Below the pieces are notes generated by a model. That model searched no databases. It was given only the letters and a program-made list of their open reading frames with translations, and was not told the DNA's origin. A DNA stretch of 64,000 nt from Chrysomallon squamiferum (lineage: Eukaryota; Animalia; Mollusca), in NCBI GenBank assembly GCA_012295275.1, contig CM022670.1, positions 32,736,001-32,800,000 on the forward strand, in the 5' to 3' direction. This document shows positions 40,497-55,235 of the stretch, in pieces. The position numbers and the translations under genes are program-made. Positions within the stretch are counted from its first letter, which is position 1. Each line of letters opens with the position of its first letter.

Positions 40497-43400
40497 ATGA
40501 ATGCAGATATTCCTGAAAAGCTTGTTGGTAGTATTGACTGCAAACAAGGTGCCGTTAGAGCAGTAAGATTTAATGGTAATTCAGCATTCTGATGTTACAT
40601 ATTTGTTTATAATAACAAAACGTCATAAGACAAGTGTGATACGATATACAATAAAATAAAATATATATATATATATGTATATAAACCTCCAACAAAAACA
40701 AACAACTATTGCCTGAAAATTTATTAAATAAATTAAATTTGTACAGTAAATAATTATGACAGTGTAACTCAAATGAGATATTTGAAATTAAAAAGTACGT
40801 TTTCTTTTCTGGGTAATCTACGGCTTGTGAACAGATTTTACAGAATATTGTTTTACAGTTATAAAACGTTGATTAAATATAACTATCATGTTAATTATGT
40901 TCTTTATACAGCTGATGGCACATATTGCCTGACATGTGGCAGTAACAAAACTGTCAAACTTTGGAATCCACATAGGAGTCTGCTTCTGAAAACGTATGCT
41001 GGACATGGCTATGAGGTTTTGGATGCTCAGAGCTCCTCTGACAACAGTCAGATATGCTCAGGCAGTATGGATAAGACGGTGGTACTGTTTGATGTTGCAA
41101 GTGGAAAAACATTGAGAAAATACCGGGGACATGCTGGTTTGAACTAAAAATTGTTCTTCAATTTTACAGTGTACAAACAAAATAATATAAATAATTTTTA
41201 AAATTGATGTTTGTGTAGGTTAGATACAACTTAAAATGTGAAACATTTTTTCTTTTTTCTTTTGTTTGTTTCGTTATTTGACATTAAAAAAAAAAACCAA
41301 AACATTATTAGTACATATTATAATTAATAACATTTACTTACAGCATTTTAAAACAAACTTTCTTTTTGGTGATTCACCTTATATTAGTGATTTCATATTG
41401 CAATTATTGTGAAATATAATTAAGTGGTATCTGCATCTGAAATGTTAAAGTAACTGAACATTTTCTACAGTTGCAAAATATTTTTTCAAGAAGTTCAATT
41501 ATTTACCAGTTTATTATAAAATTTTCCAGGAACTGTAAACTGTATTAAGTTCAATGAAGAATCCACTTTAATATTATCTGGTTCTCTGGATAGTACTATC
41601 CGTGTTTGGGATTGTCGATCAAGAAAAATGGAACCAGTGCAGGTAGGTTTTAAAATGTACTTCTAAACATTTTTATTAAAATGTACATTTATTGTTATAT
41701 TTAAATATTAAATATTTTTGCATTTTATCTTGGCTGATATATGTTGTAATTTTGTTACTTGATTTTCTATGCTCTGCCTCAGCATTATTGTTTGGTATAT
41801 TTTGACTTCCTCACTGGTAGACAGTTATTATACTTTTATTTTTAAAACCTTTTTCTATTTTGAGTATATGTTATTTTTTTTCTTTATTGCATTCATTGAA
41901 GGTATTATATTTGATGTGTCTAAATTAGTAACGTGACTGATTCTGCAATATTAATATTTCCAGATAATGGATGAAGCAAAAGATAGTGTCACCTCCCTCC
42001 AGGTTTCTGATCATGAAATACTGTCTGGTTCTGCAGATTGTCGTATTCGGCGATATGACCTTAGAATTGGAAAAATGTTTACAGACTTCATTGGAAGTGA
42101 GTAAATGGACCTGAATATAAAAGCGACACATAAATAATATTATAATTGAAAATATTAATCTTCTGTGATATTTTGACCGTTTGTATGCAGAAACGGTTAT
42201 AAAATTATGAAAGATGTTTAATTTTAAAAAGTGATCTTCTAATAGATCCCAAATTAATTAGAATGAATGATAATACAGAATGCTGTTAGATTGTTCAGTT
42301 TTACATTTTGAGGTTATTTCATGTTCAAGACAATATAATAAATGTTTTGGTAATTTATGTTTTTGTATGATGCTGTGGTGGTTAGTTGTGCTTTTGAAAA
42401 TGTTATTTGATTCTTACACTGGATTTTTCAAAGGTTCTGTGACAAGTGTAACATTCACCCGTGATGGCCAGTGTACCTTGATTAGTACTCTTGACAACAC
42501 ACTGCGCCTGATGGACAAAGATACAGGAGAATTACTCAATGAGTAAGTGCATAAAGATAATATCACCTTTACTGTCTACGTTTCCTTTGTCGTAATTTAA
42601 AATTTTATTGCCTCAATAAACAGTGTATCATTTCCTATAGTTTGCATGTCTATTAAATTAAACCAAATGTGAATCAGTTTTCAGATCAAACAGACCAATA
42701 AAGAACATTTAGAACAATTAACATAGATTATGTAACTAAGCAGTTTAGTCATGTAAATTTGCAGTGAGAAAAAGTGTTTCAAATAGTTCTGTTAATTTTT
42801 AATACTTGCTACTGATACTGATACTGTTTTTGTTTTTTGGTTAAAATAAAAAGTTAGATAAAATATTCAGTTTGCAGAAATTGGTTAGCATTCTTTGCTA
42901 ATAACAGTTAAAAATGTATAGATCTTTCTAGAGAGGCAGACATTTACCCTTTGCACATTTTCAATAAATCTAAAGCATTAGTACACAGCATTAAAGATAT
43001 TCTTTAAATTTTGACATCTTCATTTCAGATATACTGGTCATAAAAACAAGGAATACAAAATTGACAGCTGTCTGAACAGTAAAGATACACACATTGTGAG
43101 TGGTTCAGAAGATGGCTTTGTTTATATTTGGGATTTGGTAGATGTAAGTATCCTCTTCTATTTTTATTTACAATAACATACTTGTGTCAAGAAATTCATT
43201 GTAATGAAAGGATACATTATAAATTATATATGTTCTGTATTTTTTTATTTATATTTTGTAGTTGTTGCTGTTTATCTGTATATCTTGCTATTATGTGTAT
43301 ATATTTTTTTAATTTAAAATTATTTTAATTGTTGTGTAGTCTTACCACACACTGAAAAATAAAGATCTAGCACATCAATGATTACCTGACTTTCAAAAGC

Positions 43401-43715
43401 CAGTTAATTTTGAATATAACTAAATGAACTTAAGATATTGTTGTTTTTATTATTAATTCACTCATTTATTATTTTAATGTTAATCATAACAGCCAAAAAT
43501 CTTAAAAGAATTTTTATTTGTTAATACATTATATCTGCTTTATATTCTCTCTCTTTGGATTTTTTTTTTAGGGGAAGCTGGTAACAAAACTTGATCACAA
43601 GACAACCAGAGCTATACATGCTCTCTCCTATCATGCATCAGAGACATGTTTGTTAACAGCATCTGCTGATAAAATGTTTATCTGGAAATCTAAAAACTTT
43701 GAAACAAAAGACTGA
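40497..43715 (+). CDS. WDR83: WD repeat domain-containing protein 83 (MORG1), 305 aa, complete
   Basis: Exons 40497-40575, 40912-41136, 41530-41642, 41964-42096, 42434-42542, 43029-43143, 43572-43715 (918 nt). Diagnostic motifs: DCKQGAVRAVRFNADGTYCLTCGSNKTVKLWNP, KTYAGHGYEVLDA, VWDCRSRKMEPVQIMDEAKDSVTSL, LMDKDTGELLNEYTGHKN, SGSEDGFVYIWDLV. Confidence 0.97.
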
Positions 43716-45539
43716 AAGAATATATATAACATATTTACATGTCATGAACAAAGAATATTTTTATATTAATATTTATTTTGATCTTTATCATGTTAAGAAG
43801 CACTCAAGCCGTCACTAGATAATACAACAACCTGCCTGTGTTTTGCCAGTTTTTCCAGCAGTGATCTTGTATGTTTAAAATTACAGAAAAATAATATTTC
43901 TTCAGCAGTAAATATTATACTTTTTGATTACCAGGAAAAGATCTGTTGTAAGTTACATGACCTTCTTGACAGTCAGGGAAACACACGTTGCGGCTTTTTA
44001 TTTTTAAAATATATGAAATTTTCTGACTTGTTGAAATAAGCACTCTGAGGAACAAATTGTTCTTTTTTTTTTTTTTACAATTCATGTCACAACAAAGGAA
44101 TGTTGTATCTAAGAAGTACATACAACTCTGAAGTATCATTCATGGAAAACAAGTGATTAGCATTACATATTTGTCATGAAATGTTGCTGTTGTCACTTTA
44201 ATATTTTCCCAGATTCCATTGACAAAGGACAGTGCCAAAATAATAAAATTCAAAAACGATTTCATGAACCAATTTGTAATAATACATTTTTTCTGCCTTA
44301 CTTTCTTCATAACTGACAATAATTTTTATAGAACATTTTCTATAAATCAAATGGTCAGATGCCATTTTTTTAATGCTGAAGGAATGAAAGGAAATTTTTT
44401 TGTTTTGTTTTTTATGTTTATGCCTGCTTATATAGGAAATTGTAATGTGACAATAAAAAGTATTTATGATAAGTATTTTGACTTGAATTGATTTTGGTTT
44501 TCAGTTTTTTTGAAACTTTGTAAGGTCATGTAAAAGAAGAGAAATTGAGATTCATTTTAGATAAAACATCAAAGTAGAATGATTAGGAACATATAAAATT
44601 ATATGAAATAATGAAAATTATTTATTCAAAAAATGTTTATAATAAAGTTTCTTTTTGTTTGTGAAAATACTAATTACTTAAATGAATAGAATCCAGTCTA
44701 ATAGTTGTTTGTCTTTATAAACTCTTCCTTCATTAATGTTAATACTACCCAACCTTTTTTGGCCAAACTCTAAATTTCCAAATAATACTGCCTTACTACT
44801 ATTAACCATGTATTTAGTATTCTGATTCTGATAATGATACCCTGTAACACTGCTTATAATCATGATCAGATTTTGGGAACTGGAGACATTATTAAAAATA
44901 ATAATCTGAGATGAAGGTTAAAAAGCTCTGTTATTTCTCATAATACATCTAATGTTTTATTAATTAATATAGTGTTTGATTAAGCAAAAATATTAAACCC
45001 AAAACACAAGCAATTTTATAGCCAGAATGTGGCATTATTGTGAGCAAGTCAATTATTAGAAACTATCATCCATTTTACAGTATGCTCATTTTGTCATATA
45101 GATCTTGATTCAAGCAAACAAGAAGTTATCATTAGGTGATGCGGAGATGAAAACAATGTTCAATCTACATTTATGATATTTTCAAGATGATGACAATATG
45201 GAAACCATTTTAATTCTTATCAGAAAGAAAAAAAAAAGAATATAGACAGAGTAATGTGCAGAGTAATAGTATTTATTTCTCATATTAAGGCCAGAAAACT
45301 GTTAATGTAAACTTTTCTAACTGATTAAGGTAATGATTATCATCAGTTATTAGTAATAACTACAATGCAGATAAAAAAACAATTTTTTTTTTTTTTTTTA
45401 AATTGTCATCATTAAGATAATATTTAAACATATTAAAATAAATAAATAAATAATAGTAAATGAACAAAAAAATATTAAGTTTAATATATTTATTTAATCT
45501 ATATCATTGTGAATCACTTTTAAAATAATAAAACAACAA

Positions 45540-46300
45540 AACCGGAAAGATCGACTATCTGACTAAAAATAACATTTCACAGGAACAAATGAATGCAATG
45601 AATTAAAATGTTTTACACCGGATGATTGCATTAGACCCAGAATTCCCTAAACAAGAGTTATAGTCCAGACTGTTCGTAGATCGACCTGATCAAGTCCACT
45701 ATTTAATTATGAAGATCGTCTATTAGACATTGTGTCTGGTTGGATATTTTGTTAGCCAAGCGAGTATATTTGGTGAGGGAACTCTCCGTTTTTTGGGAAT
45801 CCCTCACCGATCGTTTCACAACGTGACATGCTAGTCCGGGCACACACCGAGTGTGAAAATGGCCGTCACAACAAACCAACGTTGTTGGAGTGGTGATTCG
45901 GAACCATGAAACTTTTAATATCACAGTTAAAAATACGGACCCAAGATGTTGATTTCATTGTTTAATAAGAAAAGAGTGTGAAAATAGTAAAGGTTTTCAA
46001 AACGGAAGTTTTGTTCAATATACATGATCAAGCAACAGGTCTTGCCGTACCTCGCTTGATTATGTTTATGCTTTATTGACAGATATACTTTTGTCAAGTT
46101 TTCAAAGCCATTTTGCCTCTAATTATTACCGATAACGTAAAGAATTCGAAAACTAAAATATCATTATCATATTGTTTTTTGGAAATTACCACAGATTTTG
46201 TTTCAGCGGCACTTAGGATGATGGGCAAACCGGTCATAAAAATAACTGACCTAAGCAAACCAGGTCCAGGAGGTGCAGGCATTGATTTTGTTCACTAGAC
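45540..46300 (+). promoter_or_regulatory. CpG-enriched putative promoter/5' UTR of the SAM-like gene
   Basis: Marked rise in GC and CpG content upstream of ATG 46509. Contains ETS-like cores (CCGGAAA at about 45542, CGGAAGT at about 46003) and two kB-like sites (45777-45787, 45795-45804). Confidence 0.5.
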
Positions 46301-46508
46301 TTTGTTACAGATTCTGATGGTTAATGATTTGATATTGAATTGTATTCGTTTGCCTGATGTAAGTTAGGAGTCCATTCATAGAGTTAAAAATAACCAATGG
46401 AGCATTTTAGTGAGGTGTACATTAAATGTACATTAACAAACATGCTTTGGACATTTTCTTGTAAACTCTCAAAATAGTGTTGGTCAAACCAACAAGAATT
46501 ATTTTGAA

Positions 46509-48814
46509 ATGGCTAGTCCACGGAAGTCATTAAGTGCTAAATTTCACCAAGCAGCTTTGAAAAAAGGAATGTCAAAACATCTGCGTAGCAGTAAAAAAAG
46601 TGAGAATGAGGGTAGCATTGAAAAGCAGGATGTACAATCTGTATTGCCAACAGAAAAGAAAACAAAAAATACTCAGCTGGTTGATAAGCTAATTGTTGGC
46701 AATACAGAAATTAATATTTTAAGTTCTGTGAAAGTAAGTCCAGAAAATGAATGTCCAAGAAGTCCTGGAGGCACTTTACAGACTATATGTGAAGATAAAG
46801 GTGAATTTTGTTTCGATCAGAAAAAGGTCAGCAAATCTACAATAACATTGCAAAGACCAGCATCAGATTCATGTATTCAGTTGAGGAGACAAGAAAATGA
46901 GCCATCAGCAAGAGAGACTGAACACAGTCATGTTACCAGTATGAAAGATGAAATGAAAGTGGAGTTATTCAAACCACTGGCCACAAGAACACCACTGCCT
47001 CGCAGTCCACTTGCATGCTCAAGTGAAAGTGAAAAACCAGTACGATTTTCTCTTACAAATGAAGATATGTTTAAAAGACCAGAAGATGATCATTCAGAAA
47101 AGGATTATTTATCATCAACCCCTAAAAATTCTGGTTATTTGAAACCAACATGCATACAATCAAAGCATGGACTGTCACGTGAAAATGCATTTGATGATGC
47201 TGAAGATACATGTATGTCTTTGTCATCATCAGAGTTTTCTCCTGGAAGCACTTCTGCAAGTTTGGACAAATTCCGAATGGATGATCTAAGTGATGATGGT
47301 AGCATGAGCGATGGACGATTGCGAGAAAGTGCAGATTTTAGTGATGATACTCATGAATCAGCAGTCCCTGAAACATCATATCCAATCAACAAGCAGTTAC
47401 ATATTGTAACTTCAGTTGATCGTGCACTACATCCACGGCGTCGCAGTTCTGGTTCTTCAGTAAGACCTGCTGGAAGATCTTCTGAAAACCTCGACCACGT
47501 GGCTTTTCTAGAGTTCATGAAACGACAGCAGTTATCATCATTTGTCCAGTACTTTCCATCCACGATGACAATGACTGAATTCAAGTGAGTTTTAATTTTA
47601 ACACATTAATTTTTTATAGTTACAAATGTATGTATGTGTCTACTTCACTTTTTATACATTGTTGAATATATTTATGACATAGAAATAGTTAAAACATTCT
47701 TTCAGGATTTATCCATCTGAATTTTTTTATATTTGTATGAAAGTCAAAACTAATAAGTTTGGCCTAATGACCTAATGCAGTGATCTTAAGTGGTAAAAGA
47801 AAAAAAATCTATGTAGGCCAGACATCAATATGACACTGAGAGGATTAGATGAAAGGCTCAGCAAAAGTTTAGAGATTACTATGTCATGTCAGAATTAATC
47901 ATTGTCACCAGTGGTCTGACATTTACACGAACATTTTTCAGATTTGTTTCCACAAGTTAATCATGTCTAATTTTTTTTTTCCTTTATTATATCATCAGAT
48001 TTAGCTATATGTAGATTACTTAATCTTCTTTTTTTTATAACATACAGTTTAGTATTAACAGGGATACTTATTTTATAAACAATCTCAACAATTTTTAACC
48101 CAAAATGCTAATAATTCAGTACAAAAAACAAACAAAAAAGGAAAAACAAACAAGACAAATTAAAAAACAAAACAAAATAAACACCAAATAATAACACCCC
48201 TCAAAAAGATCCGACCCAAATAATAATAAACACTCTCCCCATCAACAAATGAAAAGAAAAATAAAGTTTTATAATTATGTATGTGAATAATATAGTTGTG
48301 ACAAATTAGATTTCCGATTAAAAAAAAAATAATCTTTTTTTTTATAATTTTGATTTCAAACATCATTACATTATACTAATTTAACTAGGAGCCTTTGTGT
48401 AATTGTAAGTCCTTATAATGCTTAAATACTTAAGAATAATATAAAGAAATACTAAAACAGTGTTTGCTGAACTATAAAAATTTAGAATAGTATGAATATA
48501 TAACATGCACTATTGTGACTATATATTCTGTTAGTTTTAAGCTGGACAGTTTTGTCCTAGAGAACATGTATTTATTGAAGCTGTATGGAATAATACACAT
48601 TTATCAACTGGTGATAAACAGAAGAAGAGAGCATAGTTTGATTCTTGTTATGTAATTCCATGTTTAAAAAAAAAAAGTGTTCAATATAATGAGGATATAT
48701 AATTTTTTTATTATTTTTTTTAATTAAAATTAAATATAGATAATGATTATTTTATTTTATTGACTATAAGTAAATGCAAGCACTTTTATCCACATTTCCT
48801 GAAATAGAAGTAAC

Positions 48815-48864
<50 letters not shown>

Positions 48865-51800
48865 AAGATCTGTTTTATAAACATGTATTTAAATATATTA
48901 TTTATATATCTATAATATACAGTAATGTTTTAAACATAATATCTATCAGAAAATTTTCTTTTTCTTTTGTATAAATAATGTTCCAGAAACCAAAATTTTG
49001 GTGAAAATGGCAAGCATTGAAGAACATTATTGATCATTTTTGTGATATTGACTAAGGTGTCAGCTATACGTTGTGAATACAAACCATTTCTGTCTGTCAT
49101 TTATTGCAATAAAATAAAAATAAAAGTTTTCCTCGAGGATATTGGGATGCTGAGTTGATGAAACTAGAAGCCATATTGAGCTAGCACAATATCAGTCATT
49201 TATAATGACTATTTTGTAGACTCCATATTCATGATTACAATGATAATATTATAATATTAATATTCAGTCCATTGATCTGATGAAATAAAAAGGTCTACAA
49301 CATTTAATTTTGAGAAAAGAAAATCATGGTCCAATGTATTATAACATAGAAATTGCTTGAAATTTCATTAAATCACTGATTATGGAAAATGTTATACCAT
49401 AACTAAATATGATTTTAAATATTTAAAATGTAAGTGTTAACAAAAAAGCTTTTGCCAGTTTATGTATAAATATATAAATATTTATAAATTATTAATAAAC
49501 ATTTCAAATTCAAATCAGAATGCTATATATTTATTTTATTTCAAAATTTTTATATATTTTTTTTTCTCTTAATTACACATTTCTGGATAATATGCAAGTA
49601 AGAAAAAAAAAATTGTGATACATCATTTCCTGTATTCTTGGCCTTTATAATTTTTTTAAAAATGGTATAGATTCTGCCAGTTTTCTCTTTAACAGTAGTT
49701 TTAATTAAATGTAAATATTTTGATGATTTCCACAGATTTTTGGTCTCCATACAACAGATGCTGCTAATGAAAAGAATATATTCCCGCTGGCCATCTGACT
49801 ACATCAGTATTAGGTTAATGATTGATTGAAATTCATTAGCAAAATATATAAAAAAAATGTTGGCACGTGTTTAAACATATTTCACCATTAGCTACTTACA
49901 TTTATTAATTTTTAAAAATGTAAATTAAAATTTATTTTTATCTATATAATTCTTGTCAGATAGTGATAAAATAGATAAATTTATGACATTAACTCTTGCA
50001 CAGAATTATTTACTACTTGTAAAATAGTTGTGATTTGATAGAAATGTTTCCAGATACATTTTCAGTTGCAGGAATCCCAATGTTTTCCTGTGTTAATTAT
50101 GTGACTCATCACAGCTTTGTCATTATTGTATTTGTGTTAAAGAACTCCTGCTATTTTTCAAATTTTACAAACAATTATGCAGTCACTGTTATTTGTGCTC
50201 CAAAGATTAGTCTTAAAATAACATTCAGATATAGAAATTAGAGAGCAGGCTGTTAAAAAAATACATATTTTTATTCTGTAACCAACTCAAACCATTTTTG
50301 TTTTTTAAATTAAGACCAGAGAGATAATTGCAATATTTAATTCATTCCTGATCAACCTCAGTAATGATTATATTCTTAACTGTGCATACTCATGTAACTG
50401 CAATATTCATTTTGTAAAAATCCATTTGTATTCTTCTGTGTGTAGATCTATAAACACAATCTTCCACTGCAGTTTTGCTAAACAACTACATGTACATGTA
50501 TTGACTTCATTGATGAGTTGCTATGCTATTATCTCTGTTATTTATTATTTTTCTGACCAATGTTTTCAAAATCCTGTTGCAAATACATTTCTTTTGTTGT
50601 TTGTCGCTCAGTTCTGAGAGCAGCTAATGGCTTTTAATGTGCCTTGAGTGTATGCTAAATAAATTAGTTACAGCTAAACTGTAATTGCTTAGTAGAGTTC
50701 TTTCATTATCTACTTTTGTGTACACAGTTTACTGATCAGTAATTTAAGATAATCTAAAACTATTTTACAAACACAAATAGCCCACAAAATTTAAAAAAAA
50801 AGTGATAAAATTATTTTCAAGACATAAGCTATATAGATGGTCATTCTCATTAAACTGTTTTAGTTTTGATGAAAACTGAACAGTTACTTGAGAGAGGAAC
50901 AATTATAGCCTCAAACCAATATTTAGGTCTTTTTTTTTTCTTTTCAGTTTTTTAATTTTTTATAACTATTATTATTTTCTAAGAAATTAATAGAACTGTT
51001 TTTAAAAACTGATAAAGCTATCTCAAAGGTGTGGTTTTAAAAACATAATTGAATTTGGAAATGGACTATATAATGAAACTAGGTAGAAATGATAAATTCT
51101 GTTTTTTAACTTAATTTTTTTTTTTTTTTGTGAGGAGGAAAAAAGAAAAGAGAGAAAAAAAGAAAGAGTGGAAACAAAGAGAAAAATTTGGCAGCATAAG
51201 CTTTTGGAAAAAGCTTGCCAAATAATTTCATGTTACAGTAATAACAAAGAAAGCTCAAATGACACTGGAAACACCTCTTCATTTTATCTTTTCAATCTAG
51301 GAACTGAAGGCTAATAACAGTTGGCTTGTAGCAGGTTTCCCTGATTAGCTAGCAGGTGAAAATTAAATAACTGCCTTTTAGTTTTTTTCTTTCTAAGATC
51401 TTTTTATCATTGGCCAGGAAAACATGAACTGTTACCCATTTGATACATGCACATATGTTTATTTTTGAACTACTTGTTTGGAGCACAGTGTGATTACACA
51501 GAGTGAAACACTAAGTCTCATCCTGTTTGTTTCATTTTGATTTAATTTATTTACTGGAGATAATAAAGATCACATGTTGCTTTGAACATTAATAAGAAAC
51601 AGTTATTTTCTCCAAATCTTATTTTATAATTACTTAGTTTTCTTGAATTACACTTTAAAGGAAGTCAGTTTTCTATAAAAACTAATTTCTGTTGAAACAA
51701 ATGTCACTTTGTTGTATATTTTTGTTTTGAAAGTAAATAATTTAAAGATTGAAAATATCTCTTTGAAACTTGTATGTTAAATTTTGTTAGGTGATTGAAA

Positions 51801-53107
51801 TCAGTTGTTAAATTGACTCAAAATTTCCTGTCTAGATTCTAAATATTGAGTTGGATATACTATTTCCTTATGACTAATTCTTCGCTTACGACATTGTTAG
51901 AACGCAATATGTCAACAACAAGTTTATATCCAGATTGTTATATGCAGGATATTTACATTACTCTTTTTAGTGGGTTCATAATAAATTTTTACTTCTGCAT
52001 GTAAAACATTTCACATGTTTTTGTTTAAATTTTCTTAAGTGCGCAAATAATAATAATAATCATAATAATAATAATATACTAATAAACTAATGATGATAAT
52101 AAAATGTTTAAAAGTGTTAAAATTTCTATTTCATCTAATGTTTTTTAAGTAATTTATTTAGTTAACTAATTTATTTAGATAATAGAACCTTTAGGATATT
52201 TTTTGTTATTATATATATACATTTTTATTTTTTTACTGAAAAAGGAATGGATAATATCTATAATGGAACTTTTTTAGTGGAAAAATAAATGTAAGAGTTG
52301 TAACATACAGATAATTATATAATAATTCTTAAATGAATATTATATCTTGGAAAGTTTTTACAGATTAATTTTGATATTAGTCTATTATACACCCATTATC
52401 CAGCTTACATTAGTAAATATAAATAAACCATTGATTTAGAATGAATCATTTATTATAATGAACAAAATTCTCTTTGGTTAAGAGTTTAGGGAGTGTTCAT
52501 GTGTTTCTGTTTTTATTATAGATATGAATCGCTCTGTTTTTCTGTTACCATCTATTTAGCACTACAGGTTAATGAGTTACTGCAGTGCTGTTGTAGATAC
52601 TTGTGGAATGAGTCAGTACGAAAATCAAAAGCAAAATCAATCAGCTTATAGATATAAAAGAAAAATGAGTGAAAGTTGCATTTAGTTTTCAGTAGTGTTG
52701 ATTTTCTGTTGTAGAAGCAGTGTTTAAATTTGTAGCCAAACACAGATAATTAAAACATACTTATTATGTTTTTTGGTATGTTTCTGTGCATAGGTAATTC
52801 TGAATTAATTTAATGCATTCTGAACTGACACCTATGAGGTTGTCATTCAGTAATATCCGTAAAAAACATCCAAAAAGATGTAATTTAAAAAAATCAACAA
52901 AAAACAACAAATCTTATTCCTACACACCAGGTTATAATTATTTGCTCTTTGTAATGTTAATGAAACTCTAGGGAGTTAGCTTTTTAGAAAGAAATGTAAT
53001 GTCAGACGAATTTATTTGAGATACTGAAGCTAAAGTTTCTAATAAATAATTGCAATAACCTTTTATTATATAGAAAGTAATATCTTTTTTTACTTAGTCA
53101 TTATGGC

Positions 53108-53159
<52 letters not shown>

Positions 53160-53672
53160 GCTTTCAATAACTAATAGGCCATTGATAAGATTGAATGTGT
53201 TTGTAATATATATCTGAACATTGTGTTCAAATATAAGGACAACTTTATGTATGTGTGTTCTTTCAGTTTGCTCTTTATAATTATGAACATTAGCGTATTA
53301 TATATTTTTTATGTAATTTTTTTTTGATATTTGGGTACACACAAACAAAGGCATATTTGCTTTCTCCATTGAATTCTTCACATAAAAGTTTAAGAAAACA
53401 AACTCTTTGCTTTTTACATAAGTTTAGTGTCAACTTTCAATTCCTCAGAAAAATATGACATTAATAAAACTTGTACAAAAAAGTTAAACAGAGGTTTCTG
53501 TTCATGTTCAGATACACTGTTATTTAAAAAAAAAATTGATATTATTATTTTTTTTTCCAGACTATTAACTATTGATGACCTGCAGGAATTTTACAATATC
53601 GATGATGCACAGTGTCGCAAAATGTTAATGAGAGCAGTAGATAAGGCAAGAGATGAAGAAGAAAGTGATGAG
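46509..53672 (+). CDS. Unidentified protein, 5' part: long Ser/charged disordered N-terminus followed by a SAM-like helical domain (3'-partial)
   Basis: The 1076-nt first coding exon 46509-47584 ends AA|GTGAGT (phase 2). It joins ttttccag|53561-53672 in frame, giving FLEFMKRQQLSSFVQYFPSTMTMTEFK-LLTIDDLQEFYNIDDAQCRKMLMRAV, which resembles the SAM pattern (L..LGL..Y...F.....L..LT..DL...GI....R..LL.AI). The exon ends GAG|GTAAAT (phase 0). Confidence 0.8.
48816..48861. repeat. (AAT)n microsatellite
   Basis: Directly visible. Confidence 0.9.
49736..49813 (+). CDS. Candidate 78-nt cassette exon inside the SAM-like domain
   Basis: tttccacag|...|gttaat, phase 2/2, open in frame: FLVSIQQMLLMKRIYSRWPSDYISI(R). 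Confidence 0.4.
53111..53156. repeat. (TA)n microsatellite
   Basis: Directly visible. Confidence 0.95.
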
Positions 53673-55204
53673 GTAAATGTTATATTTGTTTGTTCATTAC
53701 ATTTGTATATATATGCACTGAATTGCATTGAATGAAACCTTGACATTTGTTTATAATGCATACACGCAGAAATAAGCATTGAAAAAAGCTTTTGTTGAAC
53801 AGACTATATTAAAACTAGACAGCCTGTCCCTGGTCAGGCAGGTTGTTTTGTATTTATGACCTCTAACACATTAATCATAGCTAAACATTAAAACAGTTTA
53901 TGTATTTAACAAGAAAATAAATATACAAGTTAGTCTTTATAGAGTCCTTGTGCAGTTTTAAAGTTTCATTCTGTACATAACCAAATTAATTATAATTGTA
54001 GAGAAGAAGAAATCATTATAGTTTTACATAATTTGTTCTTGGAATTGTTAAATTTCTACATGCCCAGTGTCATTTTTACACAATCAAACTGGAATAAAAC
54101 TGAAGTGCCTGAAATCTGTTTATCATTTTATTTTCTGTGTTTTTCTGAATCACAGTTCTGAAGTACCCAAAATATCTTTAGCATTTTATTTTCTGTATTA
54201 CTATGAATCTCACTTTGACCATTCTAACATATTTTACTGCATTTTGAATGACAATTTTGAAACTTTACAATGGTCCTCTGTATTGTAGTCAGAAGACAAA
54301 AAGAAAAAAAATTCACAGTGAATAAACACCCTAATTTTACCAGACTTACATAAAAAATACAAAAAATACTAATCATGTTAAAACTATGACTTATTCTTTT
54401 CATTGCCTGTACCCAAATAATGTGGTGTCTTTTTATTATTGTTATTTTTTTTGCATCAACCTTCTGCTCCCAAAATCCCCCCCCCAATTCCCAGTAAAAT
54501 TTTGTATTCTTAAAAGACATGTTGATACATTTGTACCTTTATTCACATATTTATCTTTCTTTTGGTTCCATAAAGATAGAATCATAATTTAAGATATTAA
54601 TTTATAAATTTTTAATAAATAAATATTGTATGTGTTATTTCCCAAATTTATAATTCGTGTTTCTTAATGTGGCATAATTTGAAACTGAAGCTTCAAGATT
54701 GATTTGAACTGAAAATGTTAGTCCATTTTCACATTTCTTTATAACGTGATTATTATAATCTTCATTAAATATTTACAGTGATGCCATTTACAGTAACAGT
54801 ATGAGGTGAACAGATTAAATTCATAACTTTGTGTTGACAGTTACATTTTCAAAGATTGATTTGTTTAAATGCTTCAGTGCACAGAGTCCTTGACTTTAGA
54901 TGATTTTGCTGTCCATAAATGAACTCATTCTGTTAAGATGATCAGTAGACTTGAAAGTACACAAGTTCATTTTCATTCTTACTATTATTGGATCATTTCA
55001 TTTTGTATTTCATATTTGTGTATTTACATATCATTTGTTTCATCTAAGGGTAAAATAGACTGCTTTTTTGTTTGTTAAGAAATGCTGTTTTGTGTTCTTG
55101 CTTCATGTTTATTGAACAAATTTAATGTGAGGCTTGTATTGTTAAAAGATGGTAAACATTTCCTTTCCTGTAAATAGCAGTTAATAGTTGTTTCTTTTTT
55201 CTTT

Positions 55205-55235
<31 letters not shown>

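Noticed and set aside
40773-40911. ATG at 40773 as the WDR83 start
   Set aside because: It is intronic. The true N-terminal motif (DCKQGAVRAVRFN) is in exon 40497-40575.
45703-46298. Short ORFs in the GC-richer region (45703-, 46094-, 46113+)
   Set aside because: No recognisable motifs or phase-consistent splice links. They are better explained as promoter/5' UTR sequence, though a uORF is possible.
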